Of a stretch of DNA of 64,000 nucleotides, positions 26,845 through 40,560 are shown piece after piece. The translations under genes were made by a program, and so were the position numbers. How positions within the stretch are numbered: position 1 is the first letter of the stretch; the number at the start of each line of letters is the position of its first letter. The stretch is taken from contig NC_057750.1 of assembly GCF_004010195.1 (NCBI RefSeq), forward strand, positions 11,507,144-11,571,143. Direction: 5' to 3'. The notes beneath the pieces are model-generated. The model was not told where the DNA came from. It saw nothing but the letters and a program-made list of their open reading frames with translations, and searched no databases. Origin of the DNA: Chiloscyllium plagiosum. Lineage: Eukaryota.

Positions 26845-28898
26845 GAATAGGGCCCCTCAAAGATCAGTAAGGTGGCCTTTGTGTGGAGCCACAGAAAATG
26901 GGGAGATACTAAATGAGTATTTTGCATCAGTATTTACTGTGGTAAAGGATATGGAAGATATAGAATGTAGGGAAATAGATGGTGATACCTTGCAAAATGT
27001 CCGTATTACAGAGGAGGAAGTGCTGAATGTCTTGAAATGCATAAAGGTGGATAAGTCCCCAGGACCTGATCAGGTGTACCCTAGAACTCTGTGGGAAGCT
27101 AGAAAAGTGATTGCTGGGCCTCTTGCTGAGATATTTGGATCATCGATAGCCACAGGTGAGGTGCCAGAAGACTGAAGGTCGGCTAACGTGGTGCTACTGT
27201 TTAAGAAGGGTGGTAAGGACAAGCCAGGGAACTATAGACCAGTGAGCCTGACGTTGGTGGTGGGCANNNNNNNNNNNNNNNNNNNNNNNNNNNNNNNNNN
27301 NNNNNNNNNNNNNNNNNNNNNNNNNNNNNNNNNNNNNNNNNNNNNNNNNNNNNNNNNNNNNNNNNNNNNNNNNNNNNNNNNNNNNNNNNNNNNNNNNNNN
27401 NNNNNNNNNNNNNNNNNNNNNNNNNNNNNNNNNNNNNNNNNNNNNNNNNNNNNNNNNNNNNNNNNNNNNNNNNNNNNNNNNNNNNNNNNNNNNNNNNNNN
27501 NNNNNNNNNNNNNNNNNNNNNNNNNNNNNNNNNNNNNNNNNNNNNNNNNNNNNNNNNNNNNNNNNNNNNNNNNNNNNNNNNNNNNNNNNNNNNNNNNNNN
27601 NNNNNNNNNNNNNNNNNNNNNNNNNNNNNNNNNNNNNNNNNNNNNNNNNNNNNNNNNNNNNNNNNNNNNNNNNNNNNNNNNNNNNNNNNNNNNNNNNNNN
27701 NNNNNNNNNNNNNNNNNNNNNNNNNNNNNNNNNNNNNNNNNNNNNNNNNNNNNNNNNNNNNNNNNNNNNNNNNNNNNNNNNNNNNNNNNNNNNNNNNNNN
27801 NNNNNNNNNNNNNNNNNNNNNNNNNNNNNNNNNNNCAAAGGTAGAAGACAGAGGGTGGTAGTGGAAGGTTGTTTTTCAGACTGGAGGCCTGTGACCAGTG
27901 GAGTGCCACAAGGATTACTTTTTGTCATTTACATAAATGATTTGGATGCGAGCATAAGAGATACAGTTAGTAAGTTTGCAGATGACACCAAAATTGGAGG
28001 TGTAGTGGACAGTGAAGAAGGTTACCTCAGATTACAACAGAATGTTGATCAGATGAGCCAATGGGCTGAGGAAGTGGCAGATGGAGTTTAACTTAGATAA
28101 ATGCGAGGTGCTGCATGTTGGGAAAGCAAATCTTAGCAGGACTTCTACAACTAATGGTAATGTCCGAGGGAGTGTTGCTGAACAAAGAGACCTTGGAGTG
28201 CAGGTTCATAGCTCTTGAAAGTGGAGTCACAGGTAGATAGGATAATGAAGGCGGCGTTTGGTATGCTTTCTTTTATTGGTCAAAGTATTGAGTATAGGAG
28301 TTGGGAAGTCATGTTGCAGCTGTGCAGGACTTTGATTAGGCCACTGTTGAAATATTACATGCAATTCTGGTCTCATTCCTATCAGAAAGATGTTGTGAAA
28401 CGTGAAAAGGTTCAGAAAAGATTTATAAAGATGTTGCCAGGGTTGGAGGATTTGAGCTATAGGGAGAGGCTGAATAGGCTGGGGCTGTTTTCCTTGGCGC
28501 GTCGGAGGCTGAGGGGTGACCTTATAGAGGGTTACAAAATTTTGAGGGGCATAGATAGGATAAATAGACAAAATATTTTCCCTGGGGTGGGGGCAGTCCA
28601 GAACTAGAGGGCAAAGGTTTAGGGTGAGAGGGGAAAGATATAAAAGAGACCTAAGGGGCAACTTTATCACACAGAGGATGGTACGTGTATGGAATGAGCT
28701 GCCAGAGGAAGTGGTGGAGGCTGGTACAATTGCAACATTTAAGAGGCATTTGGATGGGTATATGAATAGGAAGGGTTTGGAGGGATATGGTCCAGGTGCT
28801 GGCAGGTGGGACTAGATTGGGATGGGATATCTGGTCAGCATGGACGGGTCAGCATGAAGGGTCTGTTTCCATGCTGTACATCTCTATGATTCTATAAT
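26845..28898 (+). mobile_element. Relatively young CR1/HER1 LINE ORF2 fragment spanning an assembly gap
   Basis: LNEYFASVFT, KSPGPDQVYPR, PGNYRPVSLT, SGVPQG and FADDTK motifs, a complete 3' tail, and a few stops/frameshifts. Confidence 0.93.
27267..27835. other. Assembly gap (569 N)
   Basis: Run of n inside a CR1 copy. Confidence 0.99.
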
Positions 28899-29834
28899 GA
28901 TCAACAGTCACTAATGTGTAGGAGGGAGAAAATCTGCAGGATCTGTATTGACCACAGATGTACACTGTTGGATGTTCAGTCTTTTGCATATATTTACCAC
29001 ATTCATTCTGGGTGTTAAGTTGTGTATGCAAAATGTTGTATACTAAAGATATAATTTTTTAATGTGTCTTGTGGCTTCACTCTGTTCTTTGCCTTCTTTT
29101 ACAAAAGAGGGTATTGTGACATAATGGCAGTGTACCTGCCTCTGAGTCAGAAGGCCCAGGTTGGACTGCTTCTAAAGGTGTGTAATAAAATGTCTGAGCT
29201 GGTTGATTAGAAAATATTCCTATACTTCAGAAGTATTTCATTGGATGCAGAATGCTTTAATTTGTCTTATGTTCATGATAGGCATTATATAAGTGGAAAT
29301 TATTTTTCTCACTAGATCAGTAGATTTGAAAAATCTTAAGTAATGCTTCTAAAAGCAAATGGGTAAACATTTATTCTGGAAAAAATTGAAAGCAAGGAAC
29401 AGTTTTGGGTTCTAAACCTTATCCTGTGCTGCTTTCTGCTGAGGAACATTGATGGGTGGAACAATAGCCACGTACTTATGATTGTGGATCTCGACACTGT
29501 GATCTAAGTTGCACAGTGACAAGTTGTGAAACTGAATTTGATAAACTTGGTTAACTTTAGAAGATGGCCATGCAAACTGCCAGATTTTTCTTTAAGCAAT
29601 ACAAACCAACTGGTTCACTCAAGGGCCACAGGTAAGGCACATGTTGTGCTTAACCAGTCAGGACCTGTGTTATGTTAGTTTCACCACACTCTGGGATTGG
29701 CCTGGAGTCTCTTAATAGCTAAGGTGGCACTTTAGACGGATGGCAGGATGACCCACTAGGTAAGTAAAGGGTGAAACAATCTCTTCTCTAGCTGGTAAAG
29801 GCAGTCTCCTCAAGTTCGAATTTTATAGAGAGAA

Positions 29835-30220
29835 AGACATTTACTTTAATGTCTATCATGATCTCAAGACAAACAAAAGCGCTTTATAGCCAATTAAGTG
29901 CTTTAGGTATACAGTAGTTGCTGTTGTAATGCAAGAAACATGGCAATCAATTTCTATACAGCAAGGTTCCAAAAACAGCAATAAGATAACCAGAGAACCT
30001 GTTTCAGCAATATTGGTTGAGGGATAAACATGTGTTCAGTTTAATTCCATGGGATCTTTTACATCTACAAAAGAGGGAAGACTTTTATGTCTAATCTGAA
30101 AGACAGCATTACTGACTGTGCAGTACTCCCTCAGTACTGACCTGGAATTACTGGCTCATTACCTAGAACTGACATGTGTAAAAGTGGGTAACTGCCTGTT
30201 ACCCACTCAATGGCTGAGTC
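29835..30220 (-). mobile_element. Degenerate Deu-SINE (SacSINE1-like)
   Basis: Reverse complement of Deu-domain sequence (ccatgggatcttttacatc...ctgaaagacagca). Confidence 0.65.
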
Positions 30221-30529
30221 AAAGCTGAGAGGCAGCAGATTTACATTTCGAATGCTAGTATTAACTAGGCATTGGTACTGGTGAATAAAGTGAGGCAAGC
30301 TTCTTGACTTTATTTTCCATATTACAAGGAGTGAAAGACAATACTTTTCAATTAACAAAAACTGAATTTTGAGCAGTGACAAACGTTATGTGAAATAAAC
30401 CAAAGTTTGTTTACATTTAGTTCTATCTCTTGCATAGGACTTTCCAGAAGACTCAAAGGTGTCAAAAATGAGCCAAGTCACAGTATTCATTATGTACAAT
30501 GGAGGGGTTGTATTCTTTTTTAAAATAAA

Positions 30530-30860
30530 ACTATTTTTCTAATCAACCTGTTCAGTGATGTTTTTACACACCTCTGGAACAGGTGGGAGTTGAACCAGGG
30601 CCTCCCGGTCTAGGGGTAAGAAATTACAACTGTGCCACAAGAGGGCTCGGGAGTTGTATTCTTGTAGCACCCAGGCCTCTCCTTTGGATAACTATATAAA
30701 GAGCAATAAAGGCAAACTCCTTAGTATAAGGAATGCAAGGACCTCTTGTGCAGTAGTAGTGTCCCTACTAATCTTAATATTGGACTCAAAAGGGAGGCCC
30801 AGGTTCAAGTCCCACTTGCTTCACAGGTGTATAGTAGCATCTGAATACGTTGATTTTAAC
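30530..30860. mobile_element. Two divergently oriented copies of a short (~120 bp) tRNA-derived SINE
   Basis: 30530-30648 (-) and 30738-30860 (+) share a B-box-like ggttcaagtccc and the 3' end gaacaggttgattagaaaa. Confidence 0.6.
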
Positions 30861-33800
30861 AAAAATGTAAGTAATGCAAAGTCTCGAAAGACCGCTCATT
30901 CAGAACATCTAGTTCAGATCTTAAATGTTTTATAATGGATTACTGTTCCCTGTGGCTTTCAGGGTTAGTTTTGACATATATTCTCTACAAAGGATTTCCT
31001 CAATGTAAGAGTTGACAAAGTTTCACTAATTTAATCAAAATTGCTGACAATGGGAATGATTGCAATTCAGCCTTTATAAAGTTAAAAATCACACTGGGGT
31101 GTACAAAGTTAAAAATTTAACTTTGCATACCCCAGTCCTACACCAGCTCCTCCAAATCATGGCCTTTATAAAGCTGTTATGACCCTCTCTGTTCCAGTTT
31201 CATTAAATATCATCTAACACGTATTTTTCTTTCAACACAGACTACCTTCTAGAGTTCCCTACTATATATCTTATTGTTAAAGGAAATGTTTATGATTAGA
31301 TATTCTATCTATCCCTTATAATTAGAAAGATTCTTAAAACATTAAAGTCAAGCGGTCACAAGTTTATTCGGTATAAAGGTGATCATGTAATTTATAATCA
31401 CATCTGATAATTGGGATAAAATGTATTCTCTCTTTTGAGTCCAATATTAATATTATCAAACCTTTCAAATCCAAATTTTCAATGCAGTCTTCATGTTATC
31501 TATCAAAAAGCAGGGATATATTAGATTCTATCAGAAGTTTTAAAATTCTCCTATGAGGAAAGATTGACAAGGAACCTAGACCTTATCAATAGCTCTGTCA
31601 ACAAACTGTAATCCTCCTCATTACCTTTTCCATTGAGCTATGAAATAAGTAAACCTCCCTAATTTTTGTTATCACGCATTTCTGTACTGTTGCATTCCAT
31701 TGCCACTTCACTCGTGAATCCGTACTGCATCCCTCAGCACTGCTTCATTATTTGCTCCTCCCATTCTACACAAATTTTAATTAAAAAGATAATTTTTTTC
31801 TGCATGATTAGCTGATGTCCTTGAAACTCTATTCATGCTTATTATTCCCTCAACTTTATGAATTGGTCCCTACTGCAGTATCTGATATTAAAGTACATTC
31901 TCTGTGAGGTCATGACTTCACTCAAACATTAAGAAGACTGCAAGAATCAGTTTTAAAGTGCAGTAGCCAGTGCATTAGAATTGCTGTGCAGCTTTACAAT
32001 GTGGCATTAATTAAAGGAGGAACTTGAATTTATGCAGCACCTGTCACAACCTCCAGACATCTGAAGTAGCCCATTAGTAATTTTTGAAATAATGGTCACT
32101 GTTGTACTGTCACACTGAGCTCCTAAGAACAGCAATGTAACAAGGGCCAGTTAAGTATCGGGAATGGGACTTAAACCCACGACCTTTTGACTGACAGGCA
32201 AGAGTGTTATTGCTGTGACTTATTTTGTAGCCATTATAAGATAATACAGTTTAAATATTTTTCTATCATGCTTAACAAAGGTTTAATTCTAACATTACTG
32301 CAATATCAAATCTCACTTAGAATATTCTACTTAATCATTTCATCAAGCTCCATTACAAATCGTTGTTCTTTTATGAAGTACAGGTCAGACTGGCAATCCT
32401 ACAGCATATTTTCAGTTAGCTGAGAGCATTATGAATCAGCTATTGTGTAGGAGTGGAATCAGATATAGACCAGTCTAATTAGCAGTGGTGCTTTCCCTGA
32501 ATTGCGATAGTGTAAATTGAACTTATCTTTATAGATTACTAGTTTCAGGATGTCAACCGCTGGGCTACCTTTTCCAATCATCATCATAGGGCTAATGACC
32601 CTCATCTGACTCTTAGGTGCTGAATGATGTGTTCTGCAATGTATTTCCTCAGTAGGGTACACCACTCAAGATGCAGTCTTCATTGCAGATGCATAATTTT
32701 ACACTAAGTCCTCCCTTAACAGTAGCAGCCTAATAAATCTGAAAGTCTACCAGGTATTCATTATGAGGTAAGTGTGTCTTCAACAGTTTCACCTGTCTCA
32801 TTTTGTGCAGCACTGTTGAGCCAGTAGAGACTTTGGTGTTCAGTGACTTTGCTGCTAGGTTACAGGACGGAGAAGATATTCAATACCCTGACTAATACCT
32901 TAAAGTTTCTAAGACTTGAGATCAGTTGAGAGGAACACTGACCTGTTTACTTTTACTGTAACCCATGCACAAAAGGAGTGCTTATTTACCATTTAGTGGT
33001 GTTCCATAAAGGTGACAATTTAATGAGTTTTTGACTCCATTTCAACTTGGATTCATTCAACCATGTCAAATTAGTTGAATGTTATCTGCAACAATATTTT
33101 GATTTTTAAATATAAAATTCTAGCATGACAACAAAGACTAATTCTTCATATATTGATGAGTGATGGCAATTTAGAGCTAGCTTGAAGGCTAAAGATTTCT
33201 CCCTGATGGAGATTAGTAAAAGAGGTGAATTTTTAATGACAGGCTGGTAGTTTCATGCTCAAGTGAAACCAGCATTTTATTCCATATTCATTAATTCAAT
33301 GCTATGTTGGATTTGAATCCTATCACCAAAGGATTAGTCTAAGTCTCTGAAGTATTAATTGTAACATTTACTATTAAACTACGATACATCAGATGCCCCT
33401 TTCTTTGATAACAAATCATTTATTTTATTTAATTGCTCCAATATTGTGGTCAAAATGGAAGAGAAGCGAACACAGTCACTATTGATCTTTCAAGTGCTCC
33501 ACATGCTCCAGATTTCTACCAAAACACTTCTGTGGGCAAGAAGTTATTTTTGAAGTGCATTTGAAGTATCATTTCTCTAGGCAAATTTAGTAGTGATAAA
33601 TTTTCTGCAGAGCAAAATCTCACTGCAGGTTAGATATGTAATCAGTTTAGTGATCTGAGGAACTAATTTCAGAAAGAACAGGGGAATTTCCAGCTTCTCT
33701 TCAAATAATACCTGAGATCTTTTACTGCCATTGGAGCTGCTTGATGTCATTTCCATTTAATATCTTGTCTCAAAGATTTAAACCTCTAACACTAAAGCAA

Positions 33801-34077
33801 CTTCTTCACTGGTATTGCACTGGGATTTAAATATTGTGCTCTGGAGCAGGGACCTGTAATCCTGTGTGTGGGTGAAGATATAGTAATCACCAGAATCAAA
33901 TCAAAGGAAAGGCAAGTGATAATGCACTGTATGATGAGGGGGTTTCCTATGCAGATGCTGAGTGACCTGTACACTCCTGTAGCTTCTGTTTTTATTTCAA
34001 AGGTGACGTTAATATGTCTGATTTTAAGCTGTAACTGGTCTTGGAGCTCTTCTGCTACTGCCTGTTTGTCTTAATAG

Positions 34078-34200
<123 letters not shown>

Positions 34201-35214
34201 TAAGTGATAACCTCTTCCTCTCTTTATTGTCTTTTAAAAAGCTGTCCAATTTTATGTCACCTTTCTATAAACACTGCACTGCTGAAAGGTTCTGCTTTTC
34301 ATTTTGAAGATAAATTATAACAATTTAGTTCCTGAGCTCAGGTCATGTTGCTGGTAATATGATTGATGCAAACTCTGACTTGTCTACCAGCTGCACTACT
34401 CTGCTTGCCAAATGTGAATCCTGGTGGTGTGCCAGAGCAAACATCACATGAGCATGGTGAGTCCAGGTTAGAGCATAATCCTTAATCAGGTACAAGACAA
34501 ACCCCTGTCCTGACTAAGCTTTTTATATTTTCACACACATGGTAGGTAATTATACCATTCACTCTCCTCTGGTATATTTTAGGATAAAGAAACAGAGAGT
34601 TAGGCCATTCAGCCCATCGTACCCGTGCCAGTTCTTTAAAAGCAAATTACTCCCACTCCCTTGCTGTTTCCTCATGATATTCCTCCTGAAAATATTTGTT
34701 CCCATCCGTTAACGTAGTTGAGGCCATCACAAATCGCTATATTTAAAAACAAATTTTGGCTCTGGTTCTTCCTACAATTACCTTTAAATGTATGTTCTTG
34801 CTTAACAAACATTCTGCCATTGAACACAATCTCTTCATTATTTTGAAAACCTCTGAATCCCCACTTCTTACCCCTAAGACAAAGGTTTTCTACTATTTGC
34901 ACATAGCTGAAGTCTTCAATCATTCTGCCAATAACTATGGAAATCTGTTCCACAGTGACTGGTTGAGACAGGGTTGTTGCATATTTTAAAAGGTCAAATT
35001 AGCTTGAATGTCATGAATCTAAGGTTATGGAGGGTAGTCAGGAAAATAGAATTGAGGTCAGTCAGTTCTCAGGCACTATTTGATCTTGTCAAATGGCAGA
35101 GTATCCTCAAGGGGCCATATGCTTTACTCCTATATGTAAAATTAATCTATTCTTTATATGAACCCTCCGTACAGTGGTATCACACAAATGAGGAGCAGGT
35201 TTAGGCCACTGAAT

Positions 35215-35835
35215 GTGATCATACTGATTCTCTGTTGCAAAGCTATACTCCTGCTTTCTCCCTGTACTTCTTGATGCCTTTAAAATCTATTTCTTCCTTG
35301 AATATAAATCCATAAGACGTAGGAGTGGAAGTAAGGCCATTTGGCCCATCGAGCCCACTCTGCCATTTAATCATGGCTGATGGGCATTTCAGTTCCCTAT
35401 AGCCCTTAATTCCTTGCGAGATCAAGAATTTATCAATCTCTGCCTTGAAGATATTTAACGTCCCGGCCTCCACTGCGCACCTTGGCAATATATTCAGTGA
35501 TTTGGCCTGCACAGTCTTCTGTGGTAGAGAATACCACAGGTTCACTACTCTTACAGTGAAGAATGTTTGTTTTCCTCATCTCAGCCATAAATGGTCTACC
35601 CCATATTCTGAGACTGTGTCCACTAGTTCTAGGCTCACCAACCAAGGAAAATATTCACTCTGCTTCTAGTTTGTCCAGCCCTGTTAGAATTCTATACATT
35701 TTAATTAGGTCTCTCTCATCCTTCTAAATTCTAGTGACTATTGGCCCAGTGAAATCAATCTCTCCTCAGATAGTCCTGCCATTCCTGGTACCAGCATAAT
35801 GAACCTACCTCTCTTGGGTCAGGAGACCAAAACTT
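35215..35835 (-). mobile_element. CR1 3' fragment with a second CR1 3' fragment nested at about 35310-35480
   Basis: Two minus-strand CR1 tails (LWYSLPQK..., AVEAGTLNIFKAEIDKFL). Confidence 0.75.
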
Positions 35836-36018
35836 CATCTAGCAAACAACAATTTGACTTCAGATAGTCAACATGGTTTCGTCGAGGGCAGGTCATGTCT
35901 CACAAACCTCATTGAGTTTTTTGAGAAGGTGACCAAGCATGTAGATGAGGGTAGGGCTGTTGACGTGGTATACATGGACTTCAATAAAGCCTTTGATAAG
36001 GTTCCACATGGCAGGCTG
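35836..36018 (+). mobile_element. CR1 RT fragment ending at a gap
   Basis: SQHGFVEGRSCLTNLIEFF...YMDFNKAFDKVPHGRL. Confidence 0.9.
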
Positions 36019-36518
36019 NNNNNNNNNNNNNNNNNNNNNNNNNNNNNNNNNNNNNNNNNNNNNNNNNNNNNNNNNNNNNNNNNNNNNNNNNNNNNNNNNN
36101 NNNNNNNNNNNNNNNNNNNNNNNNNNNNNNNNNNNNNNNNNNNNNNNNNNNNNNNNNNNNNNNNNNNNNNNNNNNNNNNNNNNNNNNNNNNNNNNNNNNN
36201 NNNNNNNNNNNNNNNNNNNNNNNNNNNNNNNNNNNNNNNNNNNNNNNNNNNNNNNNNNNNNNNNNNNNNNNNNNNNNNNNNNNNNNNNNNNNNNNNNNNN
36301 NNNNNNNNNNNNNNNNNNNNNNNNNNNNNNNNNNNNNNNNNNNNNNNNNNNNNNNNNNNNNNNNNNNNNNNNNNNNNNNNNNNNNNNNNNNNNNNNNNNN
36401 NNNNNNNNNNNNNNNNNNNNNNNNNNNNNNNNNNNNNNNNNNNNNNNNNNNNNNNNNNNNNNNNNNNNNNNNNNNNNNNNNNNNNNNNNNNNNNNNNNNN
36501 NNNNNNNNNNNNNNNNNN
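36019..36518. other. Assembly gap (exactly 500 N, probably a placeholder size)
   Basis: Run of n. Confidence 0.99.
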
Positions 36519-37050
36519 CCTTTGTACATCAACGCTTTCCATCACCATTTTAATAATACTCTTCCTTCATAATTTTCACACTGAAGCATACAACTTCACA
36601 CTAAGCAACATTGCATTGCATCTGCCATGTATTTTGCTCATTCACTCAACTTGTCTGGATCACCTTGAAGTTTCACAATTCACAATTCCATCCAGTTTCG
36701 TATCAGAAAACTTGGAAATATTGCATTTGGTTCCCTCATCCAGGTCATTGATACATCATTGTGAAGAGCTGGGGCCCAAGTACTGATGCCTTGTAGTACC
36801 CCACTAGTCACTACCTGCCACTTAGAAAAAGACCCAATTATTCCCACTCTCTGTTTCCTGCCTGTTAACCAATTCTTGATCCATGCAAATACATTAACCC
36901 GGTAATGTGCACTTTAACTTCGCTCTCTAACCTCTCATGATGGATCTTATCAAAAGCCTTCTGAACATGCAAATAAACAACATCCACTGGTTCTCTCGTA
37001 TTTGTCTATTAGTTACATTCTCAAAAGACTGTAGAAAGTTTGTTCAGCAA
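36519..37050 (-). mobile_element. CR1 RT fragment
   Basis: Minus-strand degenerate RT (KAFDK, SG..QG.VLGP.LF region). Confidence 0.75.
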
Positions 37051-39164
37051 ATAATGGTAGAATCTGCCTTCCTTGTACAACAGTAGGTTTCATCTTCCCC
37101 ACATTGGTACTTACATCTGTACTGATTGCTTGTAATAGTCTCTTTATGACTCCAGTTCTTCTCTCCAAGCTCTGCATCCTGTAGTCCTCAACTCATCCTG
37201 ATCTAGTTTTCAGAATGTTAAATAGTCTAGGTTTGTTATAGTCTCCTGGTTAAATGTATTAAAGAAACCCAAGAACTTGTTTCTGCTGGGAGAGTCAGCC
37301 ATTGGGGGCTAAGTGGATGCCAATATGTATAACCTGAAGCCCACCTTCTTACCTATTACATTTGGGCCAGCTCAAATATGGCTTGTTGTTCTCTATTAAG
37401 TAGTCACTGTAAACAATACTTTCTACCTGGGGTTAAATTGTGATCACAAAAGCCATGTAAACATATCCTCAGCTCTCTTCTGGAGATGAAAGGTCCTTTT
37501 CAACTGTATAATCCAGTTATTATCAGTTACTTTTTTAAAAAATTCATGCAGTCACTTAATAATAATGATATCACTGTGTTCTGGCAGTGTTGTAGCACCA
37601 GGGTTGGCTAAGGGCCTTTGTCATTGCACGTTATCTAGGAGTCACTCATTGGTTGCCTGGTGACGCATTGTGCCTGGAACTTCAAACCAAGGCCTAAACG
37701 GAAAAGAATTTTGAGTGTTCAGCTGTGTGCAGTTAAACAACTAAAGGAAACCATTTCAAAAGCCCTGAGGAGCAACAACAGAACACAAAGGGTACAAGGA
37801 AAAGGTTAAGCATGCACAGATTGAGATATATGATCTGAATTTTTTGGCTGTTTACACGGCAAGAAAAGCCTTCGGTGCAGTGAACAGAGGTTGCTGCCTG
37901 ACTTGTCCAACTCCATTTATTTTTACTGCTGATTACCTGGCAGCTGTTACCCTGGAGTGCCAAACACACCCTGGCCTTAATGATGATGCCTAGTTCTCCA
38001 TCGAACAAGGACCAAAACTGTGTAGGTCAAGAGACAAATTGAAAAGTTGGGATTGGGTTGGCTTTAAACTCCAGTGGTCTGTTGGGAGGATGGAAGAATA
38101 ATAGTAGACATTTGTTTGTTTTACCCTAATCAATATACAGATATATGACCAGATAATAAGATGGCAGTAACACTGGATTTGGTTCAGTCAATCAACAGCA
38201 CCTCCTGCATTGCTCCGTGCAGCATCACCCCACCCCCCCCAAAAAAAAGTAACTGAACCATGCTCTCTCCTCCACTTGCCATTGGCCCAGTGAATGACTT
38301 AACTTATTTAATGTGCTGAGCAGGCAATATAGCTCATGGTAGGTTTGCAAGTGGCATTCCACAATCTCCAGGGTAACCACTTATATTTCAGTTCATACTG
38401 GTGGTGACGGCAAGGGCAGGTGGTGGGGAGGGGGGGTGGTTACAAGGAAAGGAGGGATAGGAATGACAGTAAAGGAACTATTGGTCGTGGTGATGATGAT
38501 GGAGGGTGGAGGAATGGACATGTCAAGAGTATGATCGAGAGACACACACGTGAGAGGAGGGGAAAGCCAAGAACTGTAGAATGTGTAGCGTTTGCCATGG
38601 CAACAAGGCACTGTTTGCATTTGCAGGGAGCACATTCACAGTTAGAGTTAGGTTCTGTACTGCATATTAACCAGACAGCTGCAGGGAAAGAAGTGTAGGC
38701 TTAATCAGCTGATGGGAAACAATAAAACAGCAGCTTTTTGATTCTTTTAGGATCTATCATTATAAAGCAGCCATTTGAAATTTTCTTTCCTGAGGAAGAG
38801 ATGAAAAGCTAATTAAAACTGTACAGCAAGAAAATTAAGCAGATAGTTAGACTCCTTTGCTAGACAATATATTAAGTAGCCCTAGGTAGGACATAAGATA
38901 AAACTGCTGTAAAACATATTTCGGACCTATGAACTCTGATGCTTGAGTTAGATTATATTCAACAACATTCCTGAGTACTGGGCAATTGGATAGACTGGAT
39001 GATAATCCAACAAGATCCAGCAGACTACTATTCTATGTTAGCCAGTAAGGAGCCAAAATTAAATTTTGGAAAACCTCAATTGTTATATATCTTCACACTT
39101 TTTCCCTGTTGGACATAGTGAGAAAATGTTGGAAAGATTAGCAGATTATCATAACCTATTGAAC

Positions 39165-40560
39165 TAAAGAACAAACCACTGTATAGCACAGGAACATCCT
39201 TTTGGCCCATTAAGCCTGTGGCAACACATTACTACTTTCTAAATTAAAAACTCTTTGCCTCTATGCGGTCCGTATCCCTCTATTTCCTGCCTATTCATGC
39301 ATCTATCAAGATGCCTCTTAAATGTTGCTATTGTATCTGCATCTACCACCTCTGCTGGCAACACATTTCAGACACTTACCATCCTCTGTGTAAAACAAAA
39401 AAGCTGCCTCTCATTATTTTGTAAACTTTTATCAGGTTGCTCCTTCGCCTCCGACATCCAGGTGAAAACACTAGAATTTTTCCAATCTCTCCTCAGCTAA
39501 TATCCTCCAAACGAGACAACATCCCTGTACACCTTTTCTGTACCCTCTCCAAAGCCTGCACATTCTTTTGGTAGTGCGGTGATCAGAAGTGCATGCAGTT
39601 TTCCAAATGTGGCTTTACTAGAGTTCTGTACAGCTGCAACAATGACTTGCCAATCTATGCTCCAACTGATGCAGGCAAGGATGCCATCCCTCTTCTTGAC
39701 CACCTTATCCATTTAGGAGAAAGTGCAATCTTTGCACCTTATCCATTTGTGTTGCAACTTTCAAAGAACTCTAGACCTGTACACCTAGATTCCTCTGTAT
39801 GTTAATGCTTCTAAGGGTTTTGCCATTTATTTTCCTCCTGTGTTAGACGTTCCAAAATGCATCACCTTTCATTTGTTGAGATTAAATTCCATCTGCTATT
39901 TCTCTGCCCAAGTCTCTAGCTTATTTATATCCTTCTGTATACTCTGGCAGTCCTCCTCACAGTAGTCAGCTACCCCCAACCTTTTTGTCTGCAAACTTAC
40001 TAATCAGAGCACCTACGTTCTCCTCCAAATCATTTATACATATAACAAACAACATGGGTCCCAGCGTTAGTCAGTATCGAACACCACCACCAGTCTCAGA
40101 TTTCCAGTCAGAAAACACCCTTCTATTGCTAGTCTCTGTCTCCTATGACCAAGCCAATTCTTTATCCATCTTTCAGTTCCCATGTGACTTCACGTCCTGT
40201 CAAGAGAGACCTTGTCAAAGGCTTTTGCTAAAGTTCATGCAGGCTACATCCACCATCCTACCCTCATCAATCGTCTTTGTCTCTTTCTCAAAAACTCAAT
40301 CAAGTTTGTGAGACGACCTAGCTATGCTGCCTGTCACTAATAAGTCCAAATGTGAATAAATCCTATCCCTAAGAATTTTCTTCAATAATTTCCTTACCAT
40401 TGAAGTAAGATCCACCTGCCTTACTTTTCTGGATTATCTCTGTTGTTTCTCCTTAAAAAAAATGAAACAAAATTGGCTATTTCCCAGTCCTCGGACGTCT
40501 GCTGTGACTAAACAAGATACAAACTTTCATACAAGCCCCCAACAATTTCTTCCCTCGCCT
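39165..40560 (-). mobile_element. CR1 LINE RT plus 3' fragment
   Basis: Minus-strand KAFDK, SKFADK and 3' tail. Degenerate. Confidence 0.82.

Noticed and set aside
27188..27928. Long ORFs containing X runs (also 35854-36786 and 57616-58178)
   Set aside because: They are artefacts of translating assembly gaps within CR1 copies.
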